Source: Mobula hypostoma
Lineage: Eukaryota
Length of the DNA: 64,000 bases
Direction of reading: 5' to 3'
Assembly (NCBI RefSeq): GCF_963921235.1
Contig: NC_086097.1
Location: 153,824,001 to 153,888,000 of the forward strand
Both the position numbers and the translations under genes were made by a program. The notes beneath the pieces were generated by a model. It did no database searches. It was given only the letters and a program-made list of their open reading frames with translations, and had not been told where the DNA came from. This document shows, in pieces, positions 62,901 through 64,000 of this stretch; position 1 is the stretch's first letter; each line of letters starts with the position of its first letter.

Positions 62901-64000
62901 ACAGATATGGGAATCAGAGCATAGAGGCAGAGTCAGCCAGTCAGCCACTGAGAATGGCTAAGAGTGTGGAAACCCACAAGATGCAGTTCTGTGTGACTTC
63001 TGAAAGCACAGAGTTTTCTATCAGGGACTTATCATCTTGACTCACAGCAACTTGCTGATTGAGGGAGTGGAAATCATTTCATTGATATTAAGGGAAACAT
63101 TTATGGGTTAATGAGGAGTATCAGTGGGTGGGCTTAAATTCATTGGAGGCCAGCCAGTCCATGACCTGGCAGCTACTCCAGAAAATGTCTGGACAGTGAA
63201 TAAAGTGATATGGTAACAACTGGACTGGTGCTAGTTTCAGGCTGGGAGTTGGAAGATTGGGACATAGAGGAGCAGTTGCCCATGGATGGGAAGCTTGGCA
63301 GCTGTGGGGATCAGTAGAGTGAAGGGCTCATGGAGTGCAGATAAATAAACAAAAGAAAAGAAACCTATTTCTGAAGCTCCACAGCTCACAGCAGGCTTCT
63401 CTAAATCCCACTGCTGCAGAGAAATCTTTGCTATTGAAACCTGGTTGTTCTGATACCAGCATGCTGCAGAACTGTATGACCTACTTTCGTTGGCAACAAT
63501 ACAACTGGGTTTGCTTGGGAAATGATGGCATTAAATGTATTCTTGTCATTAGAAATGAATCATTTGCACGAACATCATCCTTAACCTTAAATGGTGGGTC
63601 TAATTTCCTGAGTGGTGAGCTTCAGCATGAAAATATGCATTGAAAAAAAGACCACATGGTGTGTCAATGGTATGAAGCTATTATTTTCAAATGAGACAAG
63701 AAATTTCTTAACTTAGATAATTGTGATTCTATTAATTTTCCGAGGCTCACCTACTGATTTTGTTCAAACCTAATTACAATAGATTTTGGACTCTGTGAAT
63801 TAAAAGATAAGGGTATTAAGCAAGAAAGCTGAATTAAAGACCACCTATGATAGTATTGATTGGTGGAACAAGATCTGTGGGCCAATGATCTTGTGATTAT
63901 AATTTCATTTTCTTTTCTTCCAGTTGAGGTAGTGCTGTATGTTTTTTTAGGAAGACTTTTTTTTTGGCAAGCGTTTGACAATGAGTAACTTAAGTTGTCT

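Noticed and set aside
1..64000. Most short ORFs in the six-frame track
   Set aside because: They are antisense or off-frame readings of TEs or low-complexity sequence; none resembles a host protein I recognise.

Overview
AT-rich eukaryotic intergenic or intronic DNA, roughly half transposable elements. I could not support any host protein-coding exon, RNA gene, CRISPR array or prokaryotic system. The repeat mix (CR1 LINEs with short-repeat tails, Rex1/Babar LINEs, V-domain SINEs, Penelope-like elements) points to a vertebrate, most likely a cartilaginous fish (inference). Main elements: a full-length but decayed chromodomain-bearing Gypsy LTR retrotransposon (1656-8097) with two nested insertions; a 5'-truncated HERO-type restriction-like-endonuclease retrotransposon (12547-14559) that appears to split an older integrase remnant; an internally deleted Chapaev-type DNA transposon inside a Rex1 LINE; several CR1 copies, one with an 846-aa almost complete APE-RT ORF; Penelope-like elements whose terminal repeats carry a decayed hammerhead-ribozyme-like motif; and Tc1, PIF/Harbinger and hAT non-autonomous elements, a solo LTR and tRNA-derived SINEs. 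Many nested insertions can be ordered from target-site duplications (TSDs) visible in the sequence. Family names come from remembered motifs, not database searches. Boundaries without a stated TSD or terminal repeat are approximate.
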